Shown here piece by piece: positions 1 through 13,019 of a DNA stretch of 64,000 nt. Numbering within the stretch: position 1 is the first letter of the stretch; every line of letters starts with the position of its first letter. Location: assembly GCF_964355755.1 (NCBI RefSeq), contig NC_092676.1, positions 5,805,888-5,869,887 of the forward strand, in the 5' to 3' direction. This DNA is from Antedon mediterranea (taxonomy: Eukaryota; Animalia; Echinodermata). The translations under genes were made by a program, and so were the position numbers. Under the pieces are notes generated by a model. That model searched no databases and was not told the origin of the DNA. It saw only the letters and a program-made list of their open reading frames with translations.

Positions 1-204
1 TAATAATAGTATATGGGTTGTATTATTGATAAGCTATCACCAAATCGCGTTATACCATTATTTCTCAGGGTTTTTTGCACCATTGATCAATACCAAACGC
101 GTATCGGTATTATAGTTTTTAATGAATCATTACATTAATAAAAATACCCAATTAAATCAATCGCGTCAGTCCAATTCCGACTTATGTTTCGATCACATAG
201 TTCT

Positions 205-351
205 GTGTCTACACTGTCCCAACTAGTTTAACAAAAAAAGTGTGATGTGCCCAAATATGGTAGTGATATGCCCGAATATCGTAGTGGACATCGTCATGTC
301 TATATAATAATATGGGCACATCATATTTAGTTTGATAGTATAGACAGAGCT
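205..351. mobile_element. ~150-bp Tourist/PIF-Harbinger-like MITE (AGCTCTGTCTACACTATCAAACT TIR family)
   Basis: Palindromic element; further copies at ~16250 (partial), 28733-28888, 49502-49653, 49848-49990, 50864-51024, 60329-60415 (partial); TTA on both sides of the 49.5 and 49.8 kb copies. Confidence 0.75.
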
Positions 352-389
352 TAAGGATTATATTTAAAAAATGTTTTCTTTCATTTTGA

Positions 390-660
390 AAAAAAGTATT
401 TATTTGTTTATAAGCCCAATTTTCCAGTCTTAATTTTACATTTTGAAAAAAAAGTATTTTATTTGTTGATAAGCCCAATTGTGCAGTCTTATTTTACATT
501 TTGAACAAAAGTATTTATTTGTTGATAAGCCCAATTTTGCAGTCTTATTTTACATTTTAAACGAAAGTATTTATTTGTTGATAAGCCGAATTTCCAGTTT
601 AATAATAATGACCCCTTCCACAGTGCTTATACCATATATATTTTACATGATATTGACCGT
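390..660. repeat. ~55-bp tandem repeat (aagtatttatttgttgataagcccaattttgcagtcttattttacattttgaa), repeated again at ~1150-1300
   Basis: Four units visible here, two more plus shared flank at 1150-1300 and a remnant at ~1425-1475. Confidence 0.85.
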
Positions 661-1664
661 GGGTTCTTTACGCCTCTGATGCATTTGTTTTTATTGTACC
701 TTTTTAATAAATTATTATATGTTTAGGCCTAATCACACCCAATTTAATGAAACGGTCAGATTCCGATTTCAATTGAACAAAAGTAGTACTGTATTTATTA
801 TTCATTGATAAGCCAAGGGTCCCATGGCGTTAGCCGATATCTTGAGCATTTGACTCATGTGTCAACCTGTAACACAAATCATTCTTCAAAATCTAAAGAA
901 AGAACCTCACACGTCTTTTTTGTGAGTGATGGATATGCCAACGGAAATAATATGTGGACATTGCAAACAATCATAGGCCCGATCATAGGCCTACAGTAAC
1001 AAACATAACATGGCTAATAAGCATAACATTCAGACTTGTTTGTTTTCTAGTGGATTTTATTTACTTTAGCATGTAGAATAAAACTAGTAACAGTGGCTAT
1101 ATTAATAATTATACTGATTATCCTTGATGTTATCGCGTCTAATAATAAAATATTTTGTTGTTGATAAGCCCAATTTTTCAGCCTTGATTTTACATTTTGA
1201 ACGAAAGTATTTATTTGTTGATAAGCCCAATTTTGCAGTCTTAATAATGACCCTTCCACAGTGCATTTTACATGATATTGACCGAGGGTTTATACGCCTC
1301 TATAGCCACTGATCAATACCATAATTAATGTACTTTTTTAAATGAATATTGAAATGTTTCAACATACCCAATTCAAAAAAACGGTCCGTTTTCGAGTTCA
1401 ATCTTTTAGAGAGGTTGGAGTTTCATTTTGAACGAAAGTATTTATTTGATTGTGATAAGCCAAATTTCTAGTCCTAATGATTTGAGATTCAACGGGTTTT
1501 GCTTTCAATTGTATAATAACAGCCACATGTTAAGGAATATGAATCTCTTTATGATTTTAATATGGTTCGAAATGATATTACACAACGATTAGACAGCAAC
1601 TGTGCAAGAGTCCAACTAATAAAATGAAAACGGAATGATCAATTAATTGAAAATTTACAGCATA

Positions 1665-2022
1665 AGGCCCATACACTAGGACGATAACGATCGACGATAA
1701 GACAAATGTGCATTTTTAATACATAAACCAAAAGGAATATAAACAATTCCTTTGATGAAAATTATATTTTCACACGTCCAATCAAATGACGTCATGATTA
1801 GTAAGACCAATAATATCGTGACAATACAGCGATTTTATTGTTTTTATTTATCATGACGTCATTTGATTGGAATTTGAAAAACATTATTTTTATCAAAGGC
1901 AGCATAAATGATTATCCTATAGGTCTAGAACGAAAACCTTTCCAATTTCTTTTGGTTTATGTAAAAAAAATGCATGCTATATATTTATCGTCCGTCGTTA
2001 TCGTCATAGTGTAATTGGGCCT
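1665..2022. mobile_element. Palindromic MITE (AGGCCC...GGGCCT termini), Harbinger-like
   Basis: Long imperfect inverted arms (acactaggacgataacga / tcgttatcgtcatagtgt); degenerate relative at ~8345-8660. Confidence 0.7.
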
Positions 2023-3839
2023 TTATACAAAAAAAAATAAATTGATTACGAAGTTACATGTCATTTTCACCTATCACCAAAAAACTAACCTTTTCAACAC
2101 TAATTAATTGTTACGAAGCCAATTTATATTATATATTTCATTAATGAACTTTACGGTAAATGAAGAGTAAGTATCAGTTAATATGAATAATATAACTAGT
2201 AGGTCTATGAAGTTGCGTTCAGACACAGAACTGTGACATTACTATCATAAATGTTGAAACCACTTATAAAACCTTTTTTTAAAGAAAATATAATTGTGTT
2301 AGGAGAAGGCTAATAAACAAATAGATAATGTACAAACCTTTTTCTGGATTAATTAATGGAGCAGGCGTTCCTAATAATCTGCTGCTGCTACCTAGACTGA
2401 TTGTTCACCTTCTGACGATAATTGATTGGACCCCCCACGGCATCTGATAACCAACAAAAAATGTACCAGGACTGTTTCAATGATTTAATATCTGACGGCG
2501 TATTATTATAACATTGGCCTAGATTGACAGTCAAAAGAAAGTTATTGTAAATACCTCCCTTTATGTTGACAGAGCCAAAATAAAGTTTTGACCATTATCG
2601 AATGATTATTTGACAGTGATTTATTATAATACCGGCCTGGTTGACAGCAAAAACGAAGTTATTATTTATTGAACAAGATTTTACAGATTTCCGTCTACAT
2701 CTCAATAATACTGTATTATCAGCAAAGGCTTTCATATAGACTCTCTTCTCCCAGACGTTTTTTGGGTCCAGCAGCTACCTATAAATTATAGTCGAGTTTC
2801 CAAATTCACAAAACTGTCAGCCTTAGATACTAAAGCTACCGCTATGAAACAGCTTATTAATGAATGTGTCCTCCTAGGACATAGCTGGCTAGAGCCGCGG
2901 CGCGAAAAACAGTAGGTTAGGAAAATTCCAAGATTGTTTAAAAAAAGACAACAAACAGAACAAACAAACTACTGTAATTAAAAAACACATTAACATTAGC
3001 TTATGAAAGTTATGCCTATAAAACTAACTATAGTTTCATTAAGTTATCTGGTGAACTCTCTCCATAAAAAGTCTCTACATTTTTAAACACATATTCATTG
3101 AACTTTAAATATTATTTTATTTCAAATATGTAACTCTTGTTTCATATCATAAGTTCGGTGCAGATTTGACTAACTGAGGCCCATTTTCCATACTAGCGAA
3201 TGCGATGCAAAATATGCGCTAATAATCATAACTCATGGATGTTACCTTCGCACGAGTTCCAATCGAAAACAGTCTAGGAAAGTTAATACGAACAGCAACA
3301 AACGATCGTTTTCACGACGTCAAAAAAAAGTCATTCTACATTGAGCATGTTTAGAGAATGGCTGTTAAATTCAATAGTGTTGCAGTGTGGCGCGTCATGA
3401 AGAAGCACACATTATTAAATCAAAATTAATACAGCATTATACAAAAATGTGCTGGAACTATTAATATCATGTATACAAGATTATAGTTAGTATGTAAATG
3501 ATAATAATTTATTAATATAATTTAGATTCAACCTGTTAGTGGCGGTTTCATCGCTGTTGGTTGTGAACTGAATAAAAAAAATAAATTTAAAAAAATATTT
3601 ATTCAGCAAAAGTTCGTTTCACATTTCATCTTGCCTGGAGTGAAGTAATAGGCAAGAGCCAAAACAGAAAACTGCTCTTACTTCAGCATAAACATGTTCT
3701 TGAAAGAACTCGAACCAAGGGCTCCAGTGTAATAGGTTAAAGTCTTTACCACTAGACCAAACATTTCGGTTAATGATGAGTCTATTTACTACTGTTAGTT
3801 AGTATCTAAACTGTACAATAGAAGCATGTATACTTTGGT

Positions 3840-4903
3840 ACACCTGTATGATAGAAACACCTGTATTATAGGGACACCTGTATTAAAGGGACACCTGTAT
3901 TATAGGGACACCTGTATTATAGGGACACCTGTATTATAGGAACACCTGTATTAAAGAAACACCTATATTAAGGGACACCTCTGTTTAAAGGGTCACTTCT
4001 ATTAAGGACACCTCTATAAAAGGGACACCTCTATTAAAAGGTCCCCTTTATTTAAGGGACACTTCTATTAAAGGGACACTTCTATTAAAGGGACACCTCT
4101 ATTAAAGGGACACCTCTATTAAAGGGCCACTTCTATTAAAGGGACACCTCTATTAAAGGGACACCTCTATTTAAGGGACACTTCTATTGAAGGGACACTT
4201 CTATTAAAGAGACACCTCTATTAAAGGGACACCTCTATTAAAGGGCCACTTCTATTAAAGGGCCACCTGTATTAAAAGGCCACCTCTATTTAAGGGACAC
4301 TTCTATTAAAGGGACACTTCTATTAAAGGGACACTTCTATTAAAGGGACACTTCTATTAAAGGGACACTTCTATTAAAGGGACACCTCTATTAAAGGGAC
4401 ACCTCTATTAAAGGGACACCTCTATTAAAGGGCCACTTCTATTAAAGGGCCACCTGTATTAAAAGGCCACCTCTATTTAAGGGACACTTCTATTAAAGGG
4501 ACACTTCTATTAAAGGGACACCTCTATTAAAGGAATACCTCTATTAAAGGAACACCTTTATTAAAGGGCCACTTCTATTAAAGGGACACCTCTATTTAAG
4601 GGACACTTCTATTAAAGGGACACTTCTATTAAAGGGCCACCTCTATTAAGGGACACCTCTATTAAAGGGCCACTTCTATTAAAGGGACACCTCTATTAAA
4701 TAGTCAATTTTATTAAAAGGACACCTCTATTAAAGGGACACCTCTATTAAAGGGTCACCTCTATTAAAGGGACACCTCTATTAAAGGGACACCTCTATTA
4801 AAGGGCCACCTCTATTAAGCGACACCTCTATTAAAGGGACACTTCTATTAAAGGGCCACCTCTATTAAAGGGACACCTCTATTAAAGGGATACCTCTATT
4901 AAA
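3840..4903. repeat. 17-bp minisatellite (GGGACACCTCTATTAAA)n, about 60 units
   Basis: Head-to-tail units directly visible, no unique spacers. Confidence 0.97.
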
Positions 4904-5456
4904 ATTTCATTTACATGATGTAGGCCTATTTGACAATAAACTTAAAATCTTTTTATCTACCTCAGGATATTACTCCTATCGCTATTTTAAAGAATGTAAG
5001 ACGTGTATTTTGAACAATATAAAATTGAAGCATCTTTTTTTCTGGTTTATTGTTGCTGTGATATCCTATATATATTCTTAGCAGTTATAGAGTTTTAATG
5101 ATTCGTCGCTTGTGATTGGTCAATTCACTTATGCCGTGCTTATCATTGCATTTCTAAAGTGAGAACCAAACGTTAGAGACTTCTATTGGATATTTGTTAT
5201 AGAAATGTATCCTATTCCAAAACATTAATACAGTTCTTTTAAATCATTTATTAAACCAATCTGGTTTTAGTAACATTTACATAAGAAGATCGGAAAAAGG
5301 AACAAAAATAAGATGTCATTTTGGCCAACAAATGTAATTTGTACCAAATGCTTTTACTGCTGGCCTATACTCATTACATATGAAAATACCTGAACACATT
5401 TGTTTTGATTCAACTCGCCCCACGACCTATCGATCACTATACTGGAGATCATAGCT

Positions 5457-5580
5457 GTAGCTGATTGGTGGTTAATGTGCTTGCCTTCCAATCCCAAGGT
5501 CCAGGGTTCAATCCTGACCTGGTGCAAGGGTTATAACTCACGACTCTTTCAACTCCACTGTCTAAGCCTCAAATGAGACT
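5457..5580 (+). mobile_element. tRNA-derived SINE head, interrupted by MITE
   Basis: A-box-like tagctgattggtgg and B-box GGTTCAATCC followed by non-tRNA body; related head on minus strand at ~47860-47935. Confidence 0.55.
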
Positions 5581-5582
5581 AA

Positions 5583-5857
5583 AGCTTGGTTCCCACTAGA
5601 ACGTAACGCAAGGACGTAAACGCAACGCAAGTGAATTGACCAATCACAAGCGATGGCTTATTCGCTTGTGATTGCAACCGTCTATAACTTCGCTTGTCAT
5701 TGGTTAAGCTTGGTTCCCACTAGAACGTAACGCAAGGACGTAAACGCAACGCAAGCGTTTTAACCAATGACAAGCGAAGTTATAGACAGCTTGTCATTGG
5801 TTAAAACGCTTGCGTTGCGTTTACGTCCTTACGTTACGTTCTAGTGGGAACCAAGCT
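5583..5857. mobile_element. Self-nested palindromic MITE (AGCTTGGTTCCCACTAGAACGTAACG TIR), Harbinger-like
   Basis: Left TIR occurs at 5583 and 5707, right TIR ends 5857; inner copy 5707-5857 flanked by TTA/TTA. Confidence 0.85.
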
Positions 5858-6833
5858 TTAGTAGTTTATAACCATGATAAATTAATAGATTGATTTGTTT
5901 TTTATACTGGGTGACCTCTTCTTCTTCAGTATAATAGTAAATAGTTTATCCATCCTGTAATTGGCGAGTTACAGTACTCGCTGTTAGATGCGTATGAAAT
6001 AATACAAAAATAATAAAATAATAATAACTGTCAGACCAGCAATTCAAAATATTTGCAAGAGTATTCAGAGTTTTTGGTATTCCAACTTCTCTCATGAAAT
6101 TTTTTTTTAGTAATACCAATGGTGTTTTTCTGTACGTTTAACCATAGAGACACAACAGAACTTAGTTATTATGTAATGTAGATACATTTATTACCATTTG
6201 AAGATAGATGTGACAGTTTTCAAAAGAAACTGTATCCATGAAATTAAAAAAACGTCCAAGAAAACCTGCAAAATCGAATGACGACATTAAAAACGTACAA
6301 AACTGCACACATTGACAACAACCAGACGTGTCAGTTTTTGTATTAGTCTAGATCTAGGCAATTACCTCACGAAGTCAATACACTTCTCGTTATATCTCAA
6401 CAAATAATTAATCTTATTGTACATTAATTGTATGTAATTTCCACATTTTATAGTCGCAGAAATGAAGAAACAAAGTTCTCACTTTGTTATAATTACGAAC
6501 AAATATAACTAAACTAAACATCATTTATATGTGCATTACATATTGTACATTAGCCCTGATTCATTTCAATTGTTTAATAAATTCTAATTACGGTAAGGCT
6601 CTACTACTATATACTGTATCATAGGCCTGGAAAAATGAAAAATGGTTTTAACATTAACTCGATTTACACAACACTGACTGCAAGACTGGTACGAAATTAC
6701 TGTAGCAATATTTTGGTGGGTGGTGTGGAGGACACTTAAGTATACTGTAGTAGACCACCATTAAAACCCAACAAAGTATCCCCTTAATATTTTAATTGTA
6801 ATATTATTTCACTATATTCTTAATATACTTTAA

Positions 6834-7361
6834 AGATGTACTGTCCCTTTGAGTAATTCCCAAAAAAAAATTTTTTTAATATTTCGAAACAAAGTTGGTC
6901 ATTTTGAAGTATCATGATAGTTATTAACTTTCACCAAAAATTAGTTGAAAAAAAAATAATTTAACCGAAATACGGACGTTTTTTGGTTAAAAAAATAACT
7001 TTGACTTCCAGTCAAAGTTTTCGATCAAAACATGCTTGTTTGGCTACTCTGTATGCATAATCATAAAACTTCCTCGCCATCTGTGTGAAAACACCTTCTC
7101 AACCGCGACGAGTTGTAAACAATCCTAATTAGCATCATGCATAATGCATACTCGTGGTTTGAAATCTTTGTTTACTTTCGCTCGTGAGATTTTCCAGATG
7201 AAATGTAATCAAATTAATTTAACTGTTAATTACGTAAACTTGTTGTTTTTCCTCGAATTTTCGACTTAAAGTGAATAACTTTAATATTACTTTGATATGG
7301 CCAATTTAAATTTAGAATATTTTAACCGTCATTTTTTTGTGTTTCAAGGGACAATACATCT
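6834..7361. mobile_element. Non-autonomous DNA transposon with TTAA TSD and AGATGTA.TGTCCC TIR (Kolobok-like)
   Basis: ttaa|agatgtactgtccc ... gggacaatacatct|ttaa; TTAA plus purine-purine termini fit Kolobok. Confidence 0.75.
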
Positions 7362-7902
7362 TTAACAAAAACAGTATTTGCTAAATTTCAATTTGCTAAT
7401 ATCTTGAAAGCTTATATACTGTATTCATTATTTTTGCTCAGTTCACTTTTTTTTAAATATCTTTTTTTTGGTTCAGAAAAGCTGCTCTTTTCTCCATCGG
7501 AGTAAATCTAAAGTGGTTTAGCTTGTTCTACAGCACATTGAAACGTAAACATTACATTGGAAAAAACACTTGATATACCCTGTTGTAATCTCATGGTACT
7601 GTATTTCTATCGCTTGTCTAATGTTAAATTCTGAAATTTAAAGACTATTGGGGTACATCCAGGAGGTATAATAGAGTTAACTGGTTGTAACTCAGATATG
7701 ATTGCAGGTTACAGTTAGCTTACTATGCACGCTTAACTCTAGTGTGTGAACACAGCTAAAAAATACATACACGATACATATATAAGAGAAAGTGTAGCAT
7801 AATATTTCATATAAAACTAAAAAACTTCAATTACATAAAATTTCACAAAAACTCTTCAACAAAATAAATATCTGCATTTTATTCTTCAATAGAATGTCTT
7901 TG

Positions 7903-8075
7903 TTACTCAGTTTTATCACAATTATCAAACGGCGTTCGTCGACCGGCCCAAAATCTGTAACCGATTATCTTCAAATAGTATAGTAGTGAGATTGATGTCA
8001 GCAGTAAGTGAAATGCCATGATAAGAGCATTCAAAAAGCTGAAGGCTCGCAATTCCCATATCATTGAAAGCAACA
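7903..8075 (-). CDS. TP53I11: TP53I11/PIG11 homologue, last coding exon (V)LLSMIWELRAFSFLNALIMAFHLLLTSISLLYYLKIIGYRFWAGRRTPFDNCDKTE*
   Basis: Acceptor ccttttgtttttcag, phase 1 matches previous exon, TAA stop at 7903-7905; hydrophobic segment ending YY..GRR resembles recalled human C-terminus (ISIYYYYQVGRRPKK). Confidence 0.9.
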
Positions 8076-8104
8076 CTGAAAAACAAAAGGAGTTAACAAT
8101 TGAA

Positions 8105-8342
8105 TTACAACACAAATATATACCTCGGGACTCAAAGTGTCTCCTTAATAGGGCTGCTGTATCCCAAAGGATGTGTTTAGACATTGCAGAATTATCCTTA
8201 TCCACCAGAACAATGGTCGAGGATTGACTTGAACCTGTGCCGATTGTATAGGGGTTAAACAGGCACAGGTTCAAGTCAATCCTCGACCTGCAAACCGTTT
8301 GCAGCAGAGCGCCTGCCTTAACCGCTCGACCACTCGACTGAA
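8105..8342 (-). mobile_element. tRNA-related SINE-like element containing a perfect 27-bp inverted repeat
   Basis: Minus strand reads gagtggtcgagcggttaaggc (A box) ... ggttcaagtc (B-box-like); 3' boundary approximate. Confidence 0.5.
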
Positions 8343-8888
8343 CAAAGAAATTCTTTCTAGAACTATAGGTTAACCATCTATGCTGCCTTTGATGATAATA
8401 ATATTTTCACACATCCAATTAAATGTGTCAGTAAGTCGTAAGAAGAGCAATAACATCTTCACAATACAACAATTCTATTGATCATTACATCATTTGACTA
8501 GATTTTTTAAAATATTATTTTTTATCAAACACAGCATACAGTAAATGATTATCCTACAGTTCTAGAATAAAAACTTTTCTAATTTCAATTGTTTTATTTA
8601 AGTAAAATGTTTATCTATTTATCGTCAATCATTATTGTCCTACTGTAGTGTGTAGCAGCCTACAACCAAACCTTATTCAGGGAAAACCCTATTAAGATGA
8701 CACTTAGGTGTCCCCTTAATAGGAGTTCTCCTGTAGTTGAATACTAGTTTCTAATCAACTATGCCTGAGGTGAGACTATAATATTTAATTATTTTTACGG
8801 ATTATTTAATGTGGGTTCTACCACACTTTGGTGTTAGTAAAAAAATAATAATAATAAAATATATATAAAATCATCTGAAAACAGTTAC

Positions 8889-8990
8889 CTAAAGTCTGAA
8901 GAGTGAAATATACTATTTGGGCAATAAGAGTCCATCTAATAACATGTCTGCTGGGCGAATGTACAGAACTCCAAAACAGCACGGCAAGAC
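8889..8990 (-). CDS. TP53I11: TP53I11 homologue shared exon (C)LAVLFWSSVHSPSRHVIRWTLIAQIVYFTLQTL
   Basis: Acceptor gttgtgttcacag, donor gtaact, 102 nt phase 1-1; IRWTL...YF..Q matches recalled human VIIRWTLLTEACYFGVQ. Confidence 0.93.
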
Positions 8991-9035
8991 CTGTGAACAC
9001 AACAAATAAAAACAAAAATATTAACAACAATTTAA

Positions 9036-9382
9036 AGATGTATTGTCCCCTAAAAACATGAAAAATGAAGATTAATTAAATCAGATTTCAAATAGGTTAT
9101 TTTGTAGTTTTAGTTAGTTAATCACTTCCGTAGAAAAAAAAAAGAAAAAAAAAAACAATTTTCTCCTTATAAAATGACAAAATGAATGGTTAAATTCAAC
9201 CAAAAATCCATTGGCTGGCAGCCAATTTGTCTATTTTTTGCTTTAAATTACAGTTTTTTTCAGGTAAACACATTTTTTTTCGATCTAATTTTTGGTCAAA
9301 GAAGATAATTATTTTATGACATTAAAATGGCATATTCAACCAAAAAAATGTCAATAATTATTTTTTCAGGGTGACTACATCT
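9036..9382. mobile_element. Kolobok-like MITE, TTAA TSD
   Basis: ttaa|agatgtattgtcccc ... actacatct|ttaa; related copies at ~11400-11670, 32560-32880, 52400-52520, 56293-57695, 60022-60252. Confidence 0.75.
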
Positions 9383-9914
9383 TTAATAAAACTATTTAAC
9401 ATCACATGATGAATGGACTATTTAAAAAATCAAAATGTTAATGAAGCGGTAGATATGTACAGTACCACTCCTATCTTTTTTTTTGTTTATTCTAAAATAA
9501 TTTTCTACTCCGGGTGCAATTAGATTGTTTCCTTCTCGTCTGATTTAGACCTTGTTCTTTCGTTAAAATTAGGTGTGCTTTAAAAACAAATAATGAATAT
9601 TTGATACTCATGCAATGGTAAAAATAATTCTATTCGGTGAAAGATGAAATGTTCTATTTTCACCTCATTAAATTATTTGTACCATTGCACTCATAAACAT
9701 TCATTATTCGTTATTGAAAGATGTACTGATGTATTAAATTTATTCCTTTTGTGCAAGCCAACACGAGAATACAATTTAAACGTCAAGGTTGTATTTAAAC
9801 CATGCTGAAAAAGTAATTTATTTAAAATAATCATTTAAGTTTCTTATTAAATAGAACTGATGGATATCTAATAGTACATTAAATGAATATACATAATGCG
9901 AACTTTGAACTTAC

Positions 9915-10017
9915 AGGCTAACGATGCACCGAAGAACATGATCGGGTAGACATTTGCTGATTCGCATTCTAGACTACTTGAATATAGCACTACTAACTTT
10001 GATGGGAAGATGATGGC
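9915..10017 (-). CDS. TP53I11: TP53I11 homologue shared exon AIIFPSKLVVLYSSSLECESANVYPIMFFGASLA
   Basis: Acceptor tctacttatag, donor gtaagt, 103 nt phase 0-1; A..FP and PI..(F/Y)G..L match human ALAFPDQ...PIRLYGGALL. Confidence 0.9.
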
Positions 10018-10339
10018 CTATAAGTAGATAAAAAATGATATTACTCATTAGCTGCGGAAATATGAATAACAATAACAAAACTAAAAAATAAAATCTATAT
10101 TTATTTTGACTATGTTGAGAAGAGATAGAACTCCAAGAAAGATAATATCTGAGCTGAAGTTCACAGTTGTTGGTTTTGGTTTGGAGGCTTTTTTATTAAA
10201 TCAAGCGATCTACAATTTTTCTCAATTATCTTGATCTTTGAATAAAAATCTGAATCCATAATAGCGTGTCACTATCTAACAATTGTTTCTATTTTTACTC
10301 AGCTTCACTCATGAAAATATAGTAACCCTTCATCTTTTA

Positions 10340-10548
10340 CTCATAAACATTCATTATTTGTACCATTGCACTCATGAACATTAATTATTTGTACCATTGC
10401 ACTCATAAACATTTATTATTTGTACTATTGCACTCATAAACCTTCATTATTTGTACTATTGCACTCATAAACCCTTATTATTTGTACTATTGCACTCATA
10501 AATGACCTTCATTATTTGTACCATTGCACTCATAAACATTCATTATTT
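10340..10548. repeat. ~31-bp tandem repeat (cattcattatttgtaccattgcactcataaa), 6-7 units
   Basis: Directly visible; single unit also at ~9670-9708. Confidence 0.9.
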
Positions 10549-11033
10549 GAGTATACAATCAACCAAAATCCATTACAGGTCACTCTACACTTTCCTTTGT
10601 GATGAAACATAATGAACTTGTTTAAATAATGTAGGACAATTAGATAACTGCGCAACATTTTGGTTGAAGTGTATTACATTATTAATTAAATAACCATGGC
10701 AACTGAGCTCGTAAAGCGATGTGAATTATATAGAAAGTTATTGTTGTTTGTATAGATGAAATATGTCATCTATAAATGGATACAAAATTTAGATAAATGA
10801 CAAATAAACATGATGATGACGTACATACAGAAATATTATACTTCTAACAATAATTTCTCTTTCCCTTTTAAAAAATTATCTTTCTACATATATTTTACTT
10901 TATTTGTCTGTGTCCACTATTTTAAATGCTTGTTTTGTTATTCAATTTCCGAGTGTAACAAATTGGACAAATATCTATCTTATAAAAATAACAAGGCAAA
11001 AAATGAATATTACTGATCTTTTATAACACTTAC

Positions 11034-11082
11034 CATAATTGACACTAATGTGAACACAAAAGATGTTGTAACCTGCCACAAT
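11034..11082 (-). CDS. TP53I11: TP53I11 homologue shared exon (K)LWQVTTSFVFTLVSIM
   Basis: Acceptor tttttttcag, donor gtaagt, 49 nt phase 2-0; matches human VWQFVSAVLFSGIAIM. Confidence 0.9.
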
Positions 11083-11846
11083 CTGAAAAAAATATATAAT
11101 AAAAATTGTTTGAATGGATACACACCTTTTTCCTAGACACATGTGTTTTAACCTAGAGCTAGGCACAGTTTATGGGAAATAAATTGGCTACAACCATGCA
11201 ACACTCCTTAAACACTGTGAATGGGCCTAAACATGACATAAGCAACCGTCCACAAAAGGTTCTAATTATAGGCTTCTTCTTTTCCGATTCATTTATTCAA
11301 CCAAGCAGTGCTGGATTCAGGATTTAAAATAGGGGTGGAGGGATAGGGTATGGGATCAAGGCTTAAAAATGGGAATATAAAGTTGTTTTTTTTATGTTTA
11401 AATCCATGAATACTCAATTTGAATGTCACATAACAGTTATTCACTTTGACCAATTATTTACCTGAAAAAACTATAATTTAAAGCAAAAACAATATTCAAA
11501 TTGAGATTGACTAGAAGTCAAGGTGTTTTGGGTTTAATTTAACTGTTTAGTTTGTCATTTTATAGGATAATTAAATTTTTTTCTATTAAAGGGATTAACT
11601 TTGATTAAAATGGCCAATTCAACGTATGATTTGATTAAATTTCATGTTGTTGTGGGACAATACATCTTTATCCGAATGTCCTATCATTGCTCGGCTCTGA
11701 ATCGGGGTGAATTTTCGAATAAGAGTTCCTGGTACAGTCATTAAAGTTATCTATAAGCACTATTGATTTTTTTCCACAATCATCTACATCTTAATGTTTT
11801 CTATATACGGTATATTTACAACAAATTAAGCGTACACTTGCATTTA

Positions 11847-12517
11847 CCGTACTGACGCGGGTATAAGCCCACCCCCCTCGAACATGAAATCACGTCAAGT
11901 TTGCGGGGTGGGCTTATACCCGAGGATCCAAAAATGCAGATTGTCAAAAACAGCACATGTATACTGTGTATTCCACCATGCGAGCGAGCGCCCTCACGTG
12001 TACGACGTTGCCTCTAAATACACGAGGTGGTGTAGAGTGTCGGAAAATTAAGTTTATAGTTTGTGTAATTTATCGTAGAATATCTTATTTTAAACATCAA
12101 TTTAACAAGAATTTATCAAGCAGAAAAGCAAGTATACAATGTTCGTTAAATAGAAATGTACCAAAGAAATTTAATAAGCTTGTTTATGGCAGCAGATACC
12201 AAATAGTGGTTTTTCCGTTTTGGCGACTTGTAGCGTCATGTGTGAAGCGATCTTCGACCGCGATGGAGTGTAAACAAAACAGGACCGCTAGGCCTCATAT
12301 GGCCTAGCGTATATTAGCCTAGCTTGGTTATGATCAAAGGTAGGTATATTCGGTGTATGGACGTCGCCAAATACAAAATAATGTATTACGACACGCACTG
12401 TAGATCTTCGAATTAATGGGTGGGCTTATACTCGAGTGCCTCATTTTTCATGAAAATTAGTCAAAAGTCGGGGGTGGGCTTATACCCGAGTATGGGCTTA
12501 TACCCGCGTCAGTACGG
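11847..12517. mobile_element. Tc1/mariner-pogo-type MITE, TA TSD
   Basis: ta|ccgtactgacgcgggtataagccca ... tgggcttatacccgcgtcagtacgg|ta, with internal gggcttatacccg sub-repeats. Confidence 0.88.
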
Positions 12518-13019
12518 TACTTACAACAATGAGAGAGAAGATAATTTCCAAACTCCATGAGACATGCACACAGAGTAAATTTTCTTTTTCATGAGTAAAC
12601 AACCAATTAACTTTTATTATGGATCCAAATAATGTATCAGGATATCAGTATTATATAAAATGTTTCAGCGACAGATTTCAATTAAATCCTAATTAATAAT
12701 GAAATAGGTTTTATTGCTCTGTAATCCTATGTTTACACAGATGTTTTCATAGGAATTCTAACAATAATATATCATTAGTTTTTGTAGACTGTTTTCATTC
12801 CTGTGGGCAATCATCGGTAAATCATCATAGGATTACACTGTCTATTTAATTTACATGTACATAGCCTTCGGTATGAAATTTGAGAATGTAATTAATCGAT
12901 GTCGTCGCAGACTTGTGGAGTCTTAATGTTGACTTGTGGAATATGGAATAAGTTCAACAGATGAAGTAGGTTGATTGTGAGTGATTATTAGGAGAAATGA
13001 TGAATGTGAAGCTGGGTAA

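Noticed and set aside
3840-4903. CRISPR-like array
   Set aside because: Units are contiguous with no unique spacers, no cas genes, eukaryotic context
11957-12307. 116-aa ORF as a transposase or gene (likewise 31984-32322, 42428-42757, 36498-36800)
   Set aside because: Lie inside non-autonomous elements, no recognisable motifs
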